Source of the DNA: Anaerolineales bacterium UBA4826
Lineage (GTDB): Bacteria; Chloroflexota; Anaerolineae; UBA4142
NCBI GenBank assembly: GCA_002400365.1
Contig: DHFK01000087.1
Location: 9,635-73,634, forward strand
Reading direction: 5' to 3'
Length of the DNA: 64,000 nt
Shown here piece by piece: positions 25,941 to 34,999 of the stretch (the stretch's first letter is position 1; every line of letters starts with the position of its first letter). The notes beneath the pieces were generated by a model, which made no database searches, was not told the DNA's origin, and worked only from the letters and a program-made list of their open reading frames with translations. A program made the position numbers and the translations under genes.

Positions 25941-26717
25941 ATGGAGAAGGACCTGTCACCCTGGCACCGTATCATTATGGATTTGCAAGACCTCGAAACC
26001 GCGCTCGGCGTCACATTCAAAGACAAATCGCTGTTGACGCGCGCGCTCACGCATCGCTCGTACCTCAACGAGAATCCCGATTTGCCGTACCTCGACAACG
26101 AACGGCTGGAATTTCTCGGCGATGCGATTTTGGATTTTGTCGCCGCCGAGTTTTTGTACCAGCGCTTTCCTGAGATGAGCGAAGGCGATCTCACGTCCCT
26201 GCGCGCCGCGCTCGTCAAGGGCGAAACGCTCGCGCGCTTTGCGGCTGAAACTGGCATGCCGCCGCACCTCTTGATGTCGCGCGGCGAAGAAGCCGCGGGT
26301 GGACGCGAGCGCGCGACCCTGCTCGCCGGCGCGGTCGAAGCGCTCATCGGCGCGCTGTACCTTGACCAGGGACTCGACGCCGCGCGGGCATGGATTCTGC
26401 GCTTGCTCCCCAGCGAGGCGGAGCGCGTGCACCATCAGCGGCTCGACCGCGATGCCAAAAGCATGTTGCAGGAACTGAGCCAGGGCAAGTTGCAGGTGAC
26501 CCCACTCTATCGCCTCGTCGAAACGCGCGGACCCGACCACGCGAAAGAGTTCACCATTCAAGTGGTCATCCAGGAGCGCGTGTACGGACAAGGGACCGGA
26601 CGCAGCAAACAGATCGCGGAGCAAGAAGCCGCGCGGGTTGCCTTGGAAGCGTTACAGCAAGAAATCTCGCAAGCAGATCACGCGGCGTTGATCGCCCTAA
26701 AGGGCCAAGTCGAATAG
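25941..26717 (+). CDS. rnc: ribonuclease III (start uncertain: ATG at 25941 or 25977)
   Basis: RNase III signature NERLEFLGDAIL and a C-terminal dsRBD. The ATG at 25941 lies inside a GGTGACA/TGTCACC hairpin (25935-25960), which is preceded by GGTGACG-type units at 25919-25934. Confidence 0.9.
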   Translation: MEKDLSPWHRIIMDLQDLETALGVTFKDKSLLTRALTHRSYLNENPDLPYLDNERLEFLGDAILDFVAAEFLYQRFPEMSEGDLTSLRAALVKGETLARFAAETGMPPHLLMSRGEEAAGGRERATLLAGAVEALIGALYLDQGLDAARAWILRLLPSEAERVHHQRLDRDAKSMLQELSQGKLQVTPLYRLVETRGPDHAKEFTIQVVIQERVYGQGTGRSKQIAEQEAARVALEALQQEISQADHAALIALKGQVE

Positions 26718-26800
26718 TCGCGTAGTCGCATGGTCAGATAGTCAAACCGACTACGACTATACGACGACTCGACTATCCGACTAAAGACTATGCGACTATT
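26713..26800. repeat. TAGTCG-unit hairpin spanning the rnc stop and the next gene's start codon
   Basis: Left arm AATAGTCGCGTAGTCGCATGGTCAGATAGTC (26713-26743). Right arm GACTACGACTATACGACGACTCGACTATCCGACTAAAGACTATGCGACTATT (26749-26800). The ATG at 26790 is inside the right arm. Confidence 0.8.
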
Positions 26801-27674
26801 GGTTACCGGCGGCAGCGGCTATTTGGGCGCGGCGATCCTAAAGCGCGCGCCTCAAGACTGGGAACTCGCGGCAACGTATTACGCGCATCCACTCGCGCAG
26901 AGCCACGTTGCCGCGTTTCGCGTTGACGTGCGCGATGCGGACGCGGTCAGCCGTCTCTTCTCCACATTTCGTCCCGCGGTCGTGATTCACACCGCCGCGG
27001 CGATGTCCGGCGAGGCGATGCTGGCGACCAACGCGGCGGGCACGCGGAACGTCGCGCGCGCAGCGGCAGACATACGCGCGCGGCTCATCCATCTGTCGTC
27101 CGACGTGATCTTTGACGGCGAGCACGCGCCGTACGACGAGAGCGCGCCGCCGCATCCGCTCACGCCGTACGCCGAATCAAAAGCGCGCGCGGAACGCGCC
27201 GTCATCGAAAAGTATCCGGCGGCGGCGATCGTGCGTACCTCGCTCATTTACGGGTTCGATCCGCTCGACCCGCGCACGCGGCAAACGCTCGCTGGCGAAT
27301 TCCCGCGCCTGTTCACCGACGAGTACCGCTGTCCGGTTTTCGTGGACGACCTCGCGGACGCGCTGATCGAACTGGCGGGACAGAAACCCGTTTTCTCTGC
27401 CCCTCCGCTACGCTCCGGGGTGCTTTGCAAGAAAACGGGTTTCTCCGTGCTGAATCTCGCGGGAGCGCAGCGCGTGAGCCGCTACGAATTCGGCGTCAAA
27501 CTCGCGCGCGCGTTTGGCGTGCCGCCGCGGTTTGAACCCGCGCTCACCGCGTCGTATCCCACGCCCCGCCCGCGCGACTGCACACTCGACGTTTCGCTCG
27601 CGCAAAAGATCCTGCGGACGCGACTGCGCGGGGTGGACCAAGTTCTCGCGGAGGTCAAACGACCAAGCGAATGA
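26790..27674 (+). CDS. RmlD-like SDR (dTDP-4-dehydrorhamnose reductase family) with an internal palindromic-element insert
   Basis: TGGSGYLG Rossmann motif and YAESK catalytic motif. About 21 extra residues (QKPVFSAPPLRSGVLCKKTGFS) coincide with the repeat at 27382-27444. Confidence 0.8.
   Translation: MRLLVTGGSGYLGAAILKRAPQDWELAATYYAHPLAQSHVAAFRVDVRDADAVSRLFSTFRPAVVIHTAAAMSGEAMLATNAAGTRNVARAAADIRARLIHLSSDVIFDGEHAPYDESAPPHPLTPYAESKARAERAVIEKYPAAAIVRTSLIYGFDPLDPRTRQTLAGEFPRLFTDEYRCPVFVDDLADALIELAGQKPVFSAPPLRSGVLCKKTGFSVLNLAGAQRVSRYEFGVKLARAFGVPPRFEPALTASYPTPRPRDCTLDVSLAQKILRTRLRGVDQVLAEVKRPSE
27382..27444. repeat. GAAACCCGTTTTC palindromic element, copy A (inside a CDS, in frame)
   Basis: AGAAACCCGTTTTC (27382-27395) and GAAAACGGGTTTCT (27431-27444). 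Both arms are identical to those of the copies at 33091-33150 and 52518-52581. Confidence 0.9.
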
Positions 27675-27696
27675 AAGTAATTCGCCTATTCGTTTT

Positions 27697-27725
27697 TTGA
27701 TTCGTTGCCGTTCCTGTTGTATACT
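27697..27725 (+). promoter_or_regulatory. promoter candidate TTGATT-17-TATACT upstream of smc
   Basis: TTGATT 27697-27702, 17-nt spacer, TATACT 27720-27725. It is embedded in ATTCG-unit repeats. The smc ATG is at 27771. Confidence 0.45.
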
Positions 27726-27770
27726 ACATCTGCAATTCAATCCTTGCGTTTCACGTTTACGTTTTGATCC

Positions 27771-30407
27771 ATGCATCTCAAACACCTCGACCTGCACGGC
27801 TTTAAGACATTCGCCAATCGCACCAATTTCGTGTTCGACCTCGGCGTAACCGCGATCGTGGGTCCGAATGGCTCGGGCAAGAGCAACATCGCGGACGCCG
27901 TGCGTTGGGTGATGGGCGAGCAATCCTACAGCGAACTGCGCGTAAAAAAGACCGAAGACCTGATCTTTACCGGCAGCGCGACGCGCCCACGGATGGGCAT
28001 GACCGAAGTTTCGATGATGCTGGAGAATCCGAATCCGTGGACGGAGGCCGCCGCAGACGCGGAGCGCACCGGGGATACAGAGAAAACAAAACTCGACCCC
28101 GTGACCGAGTTGCTTCGCTCGAATCCATCCGAGGTGACGATCGGTCGCCGCGCGTACCGCGACGGCGGCAACGAGTACTTTCTCAACGGCGCGCGCGTGC
28201 GCCTGCGCGACATCTTCGAACTCCTCGCGCGCTGGGGCTTGGCGCGCAACACTTACGCCGTCGTCGGGCAGGGCTTGATTGACCAGGCGCTCTCGCTCCG
28301 TCCCGAAGAACGCCGTGCGCTGTTCGAAGAAGCCGCCGGCATCGGTCTCTATCAATCCAAGCGTCAGAACGCGATGGAGAAACTGGAAGAGACCAAGCAG
28401 AATCTCCTGCGCGTCAACGACATCATCAACGAAATCTCGCCGCGCCTACCCGCGCTGGCGCGCCAAGCCGAACGCGCGCGCAATTACGGCAGCGTCGTCA
28501 ACACGCTCGACGAGAAACTGCGCTTGTGGTACGCGTTTCAGTGGGCGCGCGCCCAGCAAGCCGCGCAAGAGACCGCCGCGCGCGAACACGCCGCGCGCGC
28601 CACATTGAACGCGCGGCGCGCGGGGGTGCAGGACCTCGCCGCCCGGCTCGCGCAGTGGCGGCGGCAGGGCCAGGAACTGCGCCAGCAACTTGCGCAAGCG
28701 CGCCACGCGCGGACGCAACTGGAACAGCAGCACGCGACCCACACGCGCGAACTCGCCGTCCTAGAAGAACGCCTGCGCTTGACGACGCAACAGCGCGATG
28801 AAGCCGCCGCCGAAATCGCGGCGCTCGCAGAATCGCAACGCGCGCAAGAACGACACATTGAGCAAGCGGCGAACCAAAGACAAGGGAAAGAGCAAGAACG
28901 GGACGGCGTGGCAGAGCGTCTGAGCAGGAGCGAAAAGGAACTGCGGGAATTGGAACACCGCGCCGCGCACGCCGAGGCGATGCTGGAGGAGAGCGCGCCA
29001 GAGATCCGCGGACTCGCCAAGCAACTCGCGTCGCTGCGTTCGGAATTCGGCATCTACGAAGAGGGCTTGCGCGCGGCCGCCGCGCTCAGCGTCCAAGCCG
29101 ACGCGCTCACCTCCTTTGAATACAAGCGCGCGCAAGCCGAACGCGCGGTCGAAACCGCGCGCGGTCAACTGACCGAGTTGCGCGCCGCGCTCGCGATCGC
29201 CGAACGCGATGTCGCCGGCGCGCGCGCGGAGGAACAGTCGGCGCGCACCGCGCTTGCCCAGTGGAACGCGCAGGTCGCCGCGCGCGCGCGCCGCGTCGAG
29301 TCGTTCACACGCCAGGTCGAAACCTTGACCGCGCAGCGCGATCAGTTGCGAACGCGCGCGGAGGCATCTGCCCGCGCGCTCGCGGAAAACGATCAGAGCA
29401 TCGCACCTGCCGAGACAAAACTGGCGGACGCGGAAAAAGCGCAGATAGATTTGGAGGAGCAGGAGACCGTAGAGCGCGCGCGGCTGGCGGAATTCGAGGA
29501 CGCGCACAATCGCGCGGTGCTGGACGCGGAACGCAGTCGCGCCGAGATCGCGCGGCTCGAAACCGAAATCGAAGACGACCTCGCCTCAGGTCGGATCGTA
29601 TCCGAAATTGTCGTAGACCCCGCTCGCCGCAGCGGGGACGAAAACGGCAACGGGCGCGAGACGGCGATCGTTCTCAACGCCGACCTGCCTACTCAACTGC
29701 GCTTGCAGTTGGGCGACGAAGTGGTCGCGCTGCCGGTCGTGACCGCCGCGCCCGAAGGACTCGAAAAAGAGATTCGCAAATTACGCAACCAGTTAAAGTA
29801 CATGGGCTCGGTGAATCCGAACGCGCCGCAGGAATTCGATGAGTTGAAAGCGCGCCATCAGTTTCTTACCGAGCAAGCCGCCGACGCGCAGCACGCGATC
29901 GAGAAATTGAACGTGGCGATCGCCGAACTCGACGAGATCATGCGGCGAAAATTCCAAGAGACGTTCAAAGCGATCAACGTCGAATTCACCAAGTTCTTTG
30001 CGATCCTATTCGACGGCGGGACGGCGCGCCTGGAACTGACGAATCCCGAAGACCTCACGCAAACCGGGATTGACGTGATCGCCAAGCCGCCGGGCAAGCG
30101 CGCCGCGCACCTCGCCATGCTTTCCGGCGGCGAGCGCGCGCTCACCGCGACCGCGCTGTTGTTCGCGATCCTCAAGGTCTCGCCGACGCCGTTCTGCGTG
30201 TTGGACGAGGTGGACGCGATGCTCGACGAGGCGAACGTCGGGCGCTTTCGCGACGCGCTCAAGACGCTGACCGCCGGCACGCAGTTCATCGTCATCACGC
30301 ACAATCGCACGACGATGGAAAGCGCGGACGCGGTCTATGGCATCACGATGAACGAGGATGGCGTATCGCAAGCGATTTCGTTGCGGTTGGAGTCAACGAA
30401 TGGGTAA
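27771..30407 (+). CDS. smc: SMC-family chromosome segregation ATPase, short form without a recognisable hinge
   Basis: N-terminal head FKTFANRT...[14 protein letters not shown]-terminal head [17 protein letters not shown]...[16 protein letters not shown]...THNRTTME. The ~490 aa between the heads is uninterrupted Ala/Arg/Glu/Gln-rich coiled-coil-like sequence. Confidence 0.85.
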   Translation: MHLKHLDLHGFKTFANRTNFVFDLGVTAIVGPNGSGKSNIADAVRWVMGEQSYSELRVKKTEDLIFTGSATRPRMGMTEVSMMLENPNPWTEAAADAERTGDTEKTKLDPVTELLRSNPSEVTIGRRAYRDGGNEYFLNGARVRLRDIFELLARWGLARNTYAVVGQGLIDQALSLRPEERRALFEEAAGIGLYQSKRQNAMEKLEETKQNLLRVNDIINEISPRLPALARQAERARNYGSVVNTLDEKLRLWYAFQWARAQQAAQETAAREHAARATLNARRAGVQDLAARLAQWRRQGQELRQQLAQARHARTQLEQQHATHTRELAVLEERLRLTTQQRDEAAAEIAALAESQRAQERHIEQAANQRQGKEQERDGVAERLSRSEKELRELEHRAAHAEAMLEESAPEIRGLAKQLASLRSEFGIYEEGLRAAAALSVQADALTSFEYKRAQAERAVETARGQLTELRAALAIAERDVAGARAEEQSARTALAQWNAQVAARARRVESFTRQVETLTAQRDQLRTRAEASARALAENDQSIAPAETKLADAEKAQIDLEEQETVERARLAEFEDAHNRAVLDAERSRAEIARLETEIEDDLASGRIVSEIVVDPARRSGDENGNGRETAIVLNADLPTQLRLQLGDEVVALPVVTAAPEGLEKEIRKLRNQLKYMGSVNPNAPQEFDELKARHQFLTEQAADAQHAIEKLNVAIAELDEIMRRKFQETFKAINVEFTKFFAILFDGGTARLELTNPEDLTQTGIDVIAKPPGKRAAHLAMLSGGERALTATALLFAILKVSPTPFCVLDEVDAMLDEANVGRFRDALKTLTAGTQFIVITHNRTTMESADAVYGITMNEDGVSQAISLRLESTNG

Positions 30408-30466
30408 CGAATAGACGAATAGTTCCCGCCCATTCGTTCATTCGTTTATTCGTTGGTGATTCGTTG
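30394..30466. repeat. ACGAATAG-unit hairpin overlapping the smc stop
   Basis: CAACGAATGGGTAACGAATAGACGAATAG (30394-30422) versus CATTCGTTCATTCGTTTATTCGTTGGTGATTCGTTG (30431-30466). Confidence 0.8.
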
Positions 30467-30483
30467 AGGTAGTTTTCCAACCA

Positions 30484-31485
30484 ATGCCCATCATCCAAGC
30501 CGAGAACCTCTCCAAAGTTTTCCGGATTCCCCACAAAGACCCTGGCGTCGCCGGCGCGTTCAAAGCGGTCTTGCGCCCACGCTTTGAAGACAAGGTTGCC
30601 GTCAACGGAATCAGTTTCAGCGTCGAGCCGGGCGAAATCGTCGGCTATATCGGCGTGAACGGCGCGGGCAAATCCACGACGATCAAAATGCTCACGGGCA
30701 TTCTCATGCCAACGCGCGGCAACGTTCAGGTGCTAGGTCGCGACCCGCATCGCCAGCGCGTTGCCAACGCGCGCGACATCGGCGTCGTGTTCGGTCAGCG
30801 TTCGCAGTTGTGGTGGGACCTCGCGTTCATCGAATCGCTCAATCTCGTCGCCAAGATTTACGAAGTGCCGCCGGCGCGCTACAAACAACTCCTCGACCAA
30901 TTCGCCGAAACGCTCGAACTCGGGGAACTGCTGCGCGTGCCGATTCGCAACATGTCGCTCGGGCAAAAGATGCGCGCGGAACTCGCCGCGACGCTCATTC
31001 ACGCGCCGCGCATCGTCTACCTCGACGAGCCAACCATCGGGCTTGACCTCATCGTGAAAGAGCGCATTCGCGAATTCATCAAACAACAGAACCGCGCGGC
31101 TGGAACGACGGTGATCCTCACGACGCACGACCTGGGCGACATCGAAGAGTTGTGTCCGCGCGTCATCATCATTGACGCCGGCGCGCTGATTTACGACGGA
31201 CCGATCAGCACGATCAAAGCGCGCTTTGGCAAGTATCGCGAGATCACGTTCGAGACGCTGGGCGACGCCAGCGCGTGCGCCGTTCCGCCCGGCGCAGAGA
31301 TCGTCGGCGCGGAACCGCGCAAACTCACCCTGCGCTTCGACCGCACGCTCACGACGGCGAGCCAGGTCGCGCAGGCGGTAATGAACGCAATCGAAGTCAA
31401 AGACTTTTCGCTCGCCGAGCCGGACCTCGCGTCGGTCATCAAGCAGATTTACGGCGGCGCGCTGCGCGAGCCGGTGACGCCATGA
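30484..31485 (+). CDS. ABC transporter ATP-binding protein (ABC-2 exporter type)
   Basis: Walker A GVNGAGKST, signature LSLGQKMR, Walker B IVYLDEPT. Confidence 0.9.
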   Translation: MPIIQAENLSKVFRIPHKDPGVAGAFKAVLRPRFEDKVAVNGISFSVEPGEIVGYIGVNGAGKSTTIKMLTGILMPTRGNVQVLGRDPHRQRVANARDIGVVFGQRSQLWWDLAFIESLNLVAKIYEVPPARYKQLLDQFAETLELGELLRVPIRNMSLGQKMRAELAATLIHAPRIVYLDEPTIGLDLIVKERIREFIKQQNRAAGTTVILTTHDLGDIEELCPRVIIIDAGALIYDGPISTIKARFGKYREITFETLGDASACAVPPGAEIVGAEPRKLTLRFDRTLTTASQVAQAVMNAIEVKDFSLAEPDLASVIKQIYGGALREPVTP

Positions 31486-32294
31486 TGCAAGCGCTGCGCC
31501 GCCGAATCAAAGTGTACGGCGCGTTCGCCGCAATGGCGCCGAAAGACTATTTTGCGTACACCGCCTGGGTGTGGGTGGAATTCATCGCGCAATTCCTGAC
31601 GATGACGATCTTTGTCCACTTTTGGCGCGCGGTCTACGCCAACACCAGCACCCTCAACGGCCTGAACCTCCCACAGACGCTGAATTACATCATGCTCGCC
31701 CAAGTCCTCGCGCCGCTCGTGCAGACGCGCACCATTTTTCAATTTGGCTTTTTGATTCAAAATGGTCAGATGGCGATCGAACTTTTGCGCCCGGTGGATT
31801 TTCAAGCGCGCGTCCTGGTAGATACCCTCGGCTGGCTCGGCATGTACGCGCTGCTAAAAACTCCCCTGCTCCTCATCGCCGTGATTCTCTTTGGCTTGCA
31901 ATTGCCGACCAGCCCGGCGGTGTGGCTCGCGTTCGGAATTTTGCTCGTCCTCGGTCGCGCGGTCGTGTTCTATTTCGATTGGATCTTTGCCTGCCTCGCG
32001 TTTTACACCACCGAGACCTGGGGGCTTTCCGTCGTCCGGGTCGGCGTGGCGACGTTCTTCAGCGGCATCCTTATTCCTATCGCGATGATGCCGGGTTGGC
32101 TGCAACAACTCGCCGGCGCGATGCCGTTCGCGCAAGCCATTTATGTTCCGACGTCGCTCCTCAGCGGGATTGCGAGTCTCGCCGACGCGCCGCGCGTGCT
32201 GCTAATTCAACTCGGCTGGCTGATCGCGTTGGCGATTCTCTCGCGCGCGGTTTTCAACGTCGCCATTCGCAAAGTGACCGTACAAGGCGGCTGA
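31482..32294 (+). CDS. ABC-2 family transporter permease
   Basis: ATGATG overlap with the ATPase stop. Six hydrophobic segments. The longer ORF-track start at 31275 overlaps the ATPase gene. Confidence 0.7.
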   Translation: MMQALRRRIKVYGAFAAMAPKDYFAYTAWVWVEFIAQFLTMTIFVHFWRAVYANTSTLNGLNLPQTLNYIMLAQVLAPLVQTRTIFQFGFLIQNGQMAIELLRPVDFQARVLVDTLGWLGMYALLKTPLLLIAVILFGLQLPTSPAVWLAFGILLVLGRAVVFYFDWIFACLAFYTTETWGLSVVRVGVATFFSGILIPIAMMPGWLQQLAGAMPFAQAIYVPTSLLSGIASLADAPRVLLIQLGWLIALAILSRAVFNVAIRKVTVQGG

Positions 32295-32297
32295 CCG

Positions 32298-33086
32298 ATG
32301 CGACGCTACCTCACGCTGTATTGGTACTTTCTCCTGCAGCGTTTCAAAATCCTGCTGGAGTATCGCGCCAACTTTATGATTGGCGCGTCGTCCACGATCA
32401 TCTTGCAGATCGCCGGGCTGCTGACGATTTGGGTCGTGATGGGACAGATACCCGATCTGAACGGCTGGGGCTTTGATGAAGTCCTGCTCGTGTATGGACT
32501 CATCACGCTGGCAAAATCCATCAACCACATGTTCGCCGACAACCTGTGGACGATCGGTTGGAGTTACGTTCGGAGCGGACAATTCGACCGCTTTCTCGTT
32601 CGCCCGATTGACCCACTCTTTCATCTGCTCGCCGACCGCTTTTGTCACGATGGCATCGGGAATTTTCTCGTCGGCGCAGCGCTCGTCGCGAAATCCACCG
32701 CGTCGCTTGGGATCGCTTGGACGCCTTTCAACGCGCTGTACCTGGCTGTCGCGGTTCTCAGCGGCGGCGCGATTTTTATCGCGCTGAATCTCATCACGGC
32801 AACCAGCGTCTTCTGGATCACCGAATCCATTCCGGTGACGCAAGTCATTTTCAACACGCACGAATTCGCGCAATACCCGCTCACGATTTACCATCGCGGC
32901 ATCCAAATTCTGCTGACGTGGGTGCTGCCGTACGGCTTGGCGTCGTTCTATCCCGCGAGTTTTCTGCTCGGGCGCGAGGTTGGCGCGCTGGCGTGGCTGT
33001 CGCCGGTGGTTGCGCTGGCTTTGCTGGTGATTGCATTTCGCGTTTGGCTGTTTGGTTTGAGGCATTACTCCGGCACGGGATCGTAA
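32298..33086 (+). CDS. ABC-2 family transporter permease (second subunit)
   Basis: 262 aa, multi-TM, starting 3 nt after the previous stop. Confidence 0.7.
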   Translation: MRRYLTLYWYFLLQRFKILLEYRANFMIGASSTIILQIAGLLTIWVVMGQIPDLNGWGFDEVLLVYGLITLAKSINHMFADNLWTIGWSYVRSGQFDRFLVRPIDPLFHLLADRFCHDGIGNFLVGAALVAKSTASLGIAWTPFNALYLAVAVLSGGAIFIALNLITATSVFWITESIPVTQVIFNTHEFAQYPLTIYHRGIQILLTWVLPYGLASFYPASFLLGREVGALAWLSPVVALALLVIAFRVWLFGLRHYSGTGS

Positions 33087-33090
33087 ATCA

Positions 33091-33150
33091 AGAAACCCGT
33101 TTTCCCAAGCCCCCGAAGCGAAGCGGAGTAGGGTCGAGAAAACGGGTTTC
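33091..33150. repeat. GAAACCCGTTTTC palindromic element, copy B (intergenic)
   Basis: AGAAACCCGTTTTC (33091-33104) and GAAAACGGGTTTC (33138-33150), with a different loop from copies A and C. Confidence 0.9.
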
Positions 33151-33168
33151 GGTGAAGGGCTATTGACG

Positions 33169-34020
33169 ATGGCTCTCCTGCGACGCTTGCAGGGCTACTG
33201 GTTGATGATTCACCCGTTTCCCGTGATGATGGTTATCACGTTCGCGGCGATTCTCGCGATCGTCACCGCGCGCGACGCGCTTGATCTGTCACGACTCGTC
33301 CGCACGGTCGCCGCGCTGTTCTTCTCCCAAGTCGTCGTCGGCATATCAAATGACTATCACGACCGTCTGCTCGACGCGCAGGGGCAGCCGTGGAAGCCGC
33401 TGGCACGCGGCATCGTCACGCCAAACGAAGCGCGCGCGTTGATCGCGCTCGCGTTCGTGCTGATGCTTGCGTGCGCGGTTTTGTTGGGACCGATTGCGCT
33501 GTCGTTCGTGCTGCTCGGTACGCTTGCCGGGCAGATCTACAATTTCCGGCTGCGCGGCACGCCGTTTAGTTGGCTCCCGTACGTTCTCGGCTTTATCATT
33601 CTGCCGATTTTCGTCGGGGTCGCAATGGAACGATTCGACGCGCGGCAACTCGCGCTCGTGCCGATCGGCTTGCCGTTGCTCTTCGCCGTTCACCTCGCGC
33701 AAACACTCCCCGATCTTGAGACCGATCGCGTGCTCGGCGTGCGTGGCGTGGCAGTAACGCTCGGGCATACCCGCGGCGTCACGGCGATGTGGCGCGCGTG
33801 GGCAGGCGCGCAAGCACTTGCGCTCGCGAGCGCGGCGCTTTTGGGCTTGGACCTGGGATTTGTCCTGATAGCAACGGGCATATCGCTCGCACTTGAAGTC
33901 GCAAGCATTGTGATGTATCATCATGGCGCAACGTCGTCAACACTGCGCGTCATTTTTCGATTGATCGCGGCGAGCGCAGTGATTCTGGTTGCAGGTTGGC
34001 TGCTCGGATTAAAATCGTAG
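33169..34020 (+). CDS. UbiA-family prenyltransferase
   Basis: NDYHDRLLD first Asp-rich motif and 8-9 TM segments. ATG at 33169, with an alternative TTG at 33163. Confidence 0.8.
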   Translation: MALLRRLQGYWLMIHPFPVMMVITFAAILAIVTARDALDLSRLVRTVAALFFSQVVVGISNDYHDRLLDAQGQPWKPLARGIVTPNEARALIALAFVLMLACAVLLGPIALSFVLLGTLAGQIYNFRLRGTPFSWLPYVLGFIILPIFVGVAMERFDARQLALVPIGLPLLFAVHLAQTLPDLETDRVLGVRGVAVTLGHTRGVTAMWRAWAGAQALALASAALLGLDLGFVLIATGISLALEVASIVMYHHGATSSTLRVIFRLIAASAVILVAGWLLGLKS

Positions 34021-34028
34021 AGGAACAA

Positions 34029-34925
34029 ATGACACTGAAACTCGAAGGCGTCTTTCCACCGATTCCAACGCCGTTTGACGCGGACGGGAATCTCTTGACC
34101 GAGAAGGTCAAATCCAACATCGCGCGGTGGAACAAAACCGGACTGCACGGTTACGTCGTCCTGGGCTCCAACGGCGAAGCGGTGATGCTCACCGATGCCG
34201 AACGCGCCGCGCTGTGGCAAGCCGCGCGCGCGGCGATTCCGCGCGACAAATTATTTCTCGCCGGCGCCGGCGTCGAGTCCACGCGCGGGTGCATCGCGCT
34301 GGCAAAACGCGCGGCAGAGTTGGGCGCGGACGCGGCAATGTTCGTCACGCCGAACTATTACAAGGCGGAGATGAAACCGGCGACGCTGATCAACCATTAT
34401 CGCGTCATTGCCGACGCGTCGCCGATCCCGACGATCATCTATAACATGCCCGCCGCGACCGGCATGGACATTGACGCGGCAACGGTGATCACGCTCGCGC
34501 AGCATCCGAACATCGTCGGCATCAAGGACAGCAGCGGCAACGTTGCGAAATACGCCGACATGATTCGCGCCGTGCGTCCCGATTTCTCCGTGATCGCCGG
34601 GTCGGGCGGATATTTTTATCCCGCGCTGTGCGTCGGCGCGCAAGGGTGCGTCGCCGCGCTGGCGAACGTTGCGCCGCGCGAGTGCGTGGCGCTGTACGAC
34701 GCGTTTCGCGCGGGGCGGCACGCCGACGCGCGCGCGCTGCAACTCAAACTCATTCCGCTGAATCAAGCCGTCACGACGCGCTGGAACGTTCCCGGCTTGA
34801 AAGCCGCGCTCGAAGAACTGAATCAGGGATTCTACGGCGGCGCGCCGCGCCTGCCGCTGCGACCGCTCGGCGACGAAGACCGCGCCGCGTTGCGGAAGAT
34901 CCTGCGGGAAGCCGGCGTGCTTTAA
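34029..34925 (+). CDS. DapA/DHDPS-family class I aldolase
   Basis: GSNGEAVMLT motif and Schiff-base Lys context GIKDSSG. GAGGA lies upstream of the ATG at 34029. Confidence 0.85.
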   Translation: MTLKLEGVFPPIPTPFDADGNLLTEKVKSNIARWNKTGLHGYVVLGSNGEAVMLTDAERAALWQAARAAIPRDKLFLAGAGVESTRGCIALAKRAAELGADAAMFVTPNYYKAEMKPATLINHYRVIADASPIPTIIYNMPAATGMDIDAATVITLAQHPNIVGIKDSSGNVAKYADMIRAVRPDFSVIAGSGGYFYPALCVGAQGCVAALANVAPRECVALYDAFRAGRHADARALQLKLIPLNQAVTTRWNVPGLKAALEELNQGFYGGAPRLPLRPLGDEDRAALRKILREAGVL

Positions 34926-34939
34926 CATTGACGATGGCT

Positions 34940-34999
34940 GATTTTCGATTTTCGATTGACCCCAACAGGAAATCGAAAATCAGAAATCGAAAACCGAAA
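34940..34999. repeat. TTTCGAT-unit hairpin
   Basis: GATTTTCGATTTTCGATT (34940-34957) versus AATCGAAAATCAGAAATCGAAAACCGAAAA (34971-35000). Same unit family as 9135-9215. Confidence 0.85.

Noticed and set aside
31275-31481. Extended start of the first ABC-2 permease ORF, and likewise 15854-15952 and 20156-20191
   Set aside because: The extensions overlap upstream genes or repeat hairpins and lack an SD. The internal ATGs have an SD or stop-start coupling.
34628-34999. Long N-terminal extension of the esterase ORF
   Set aside because: It runs through the 3-prime end of the DapA-family gene in another frame and through the TTTCGAT hairpin. The esterase-like sequence starts at the ATG at 35000.
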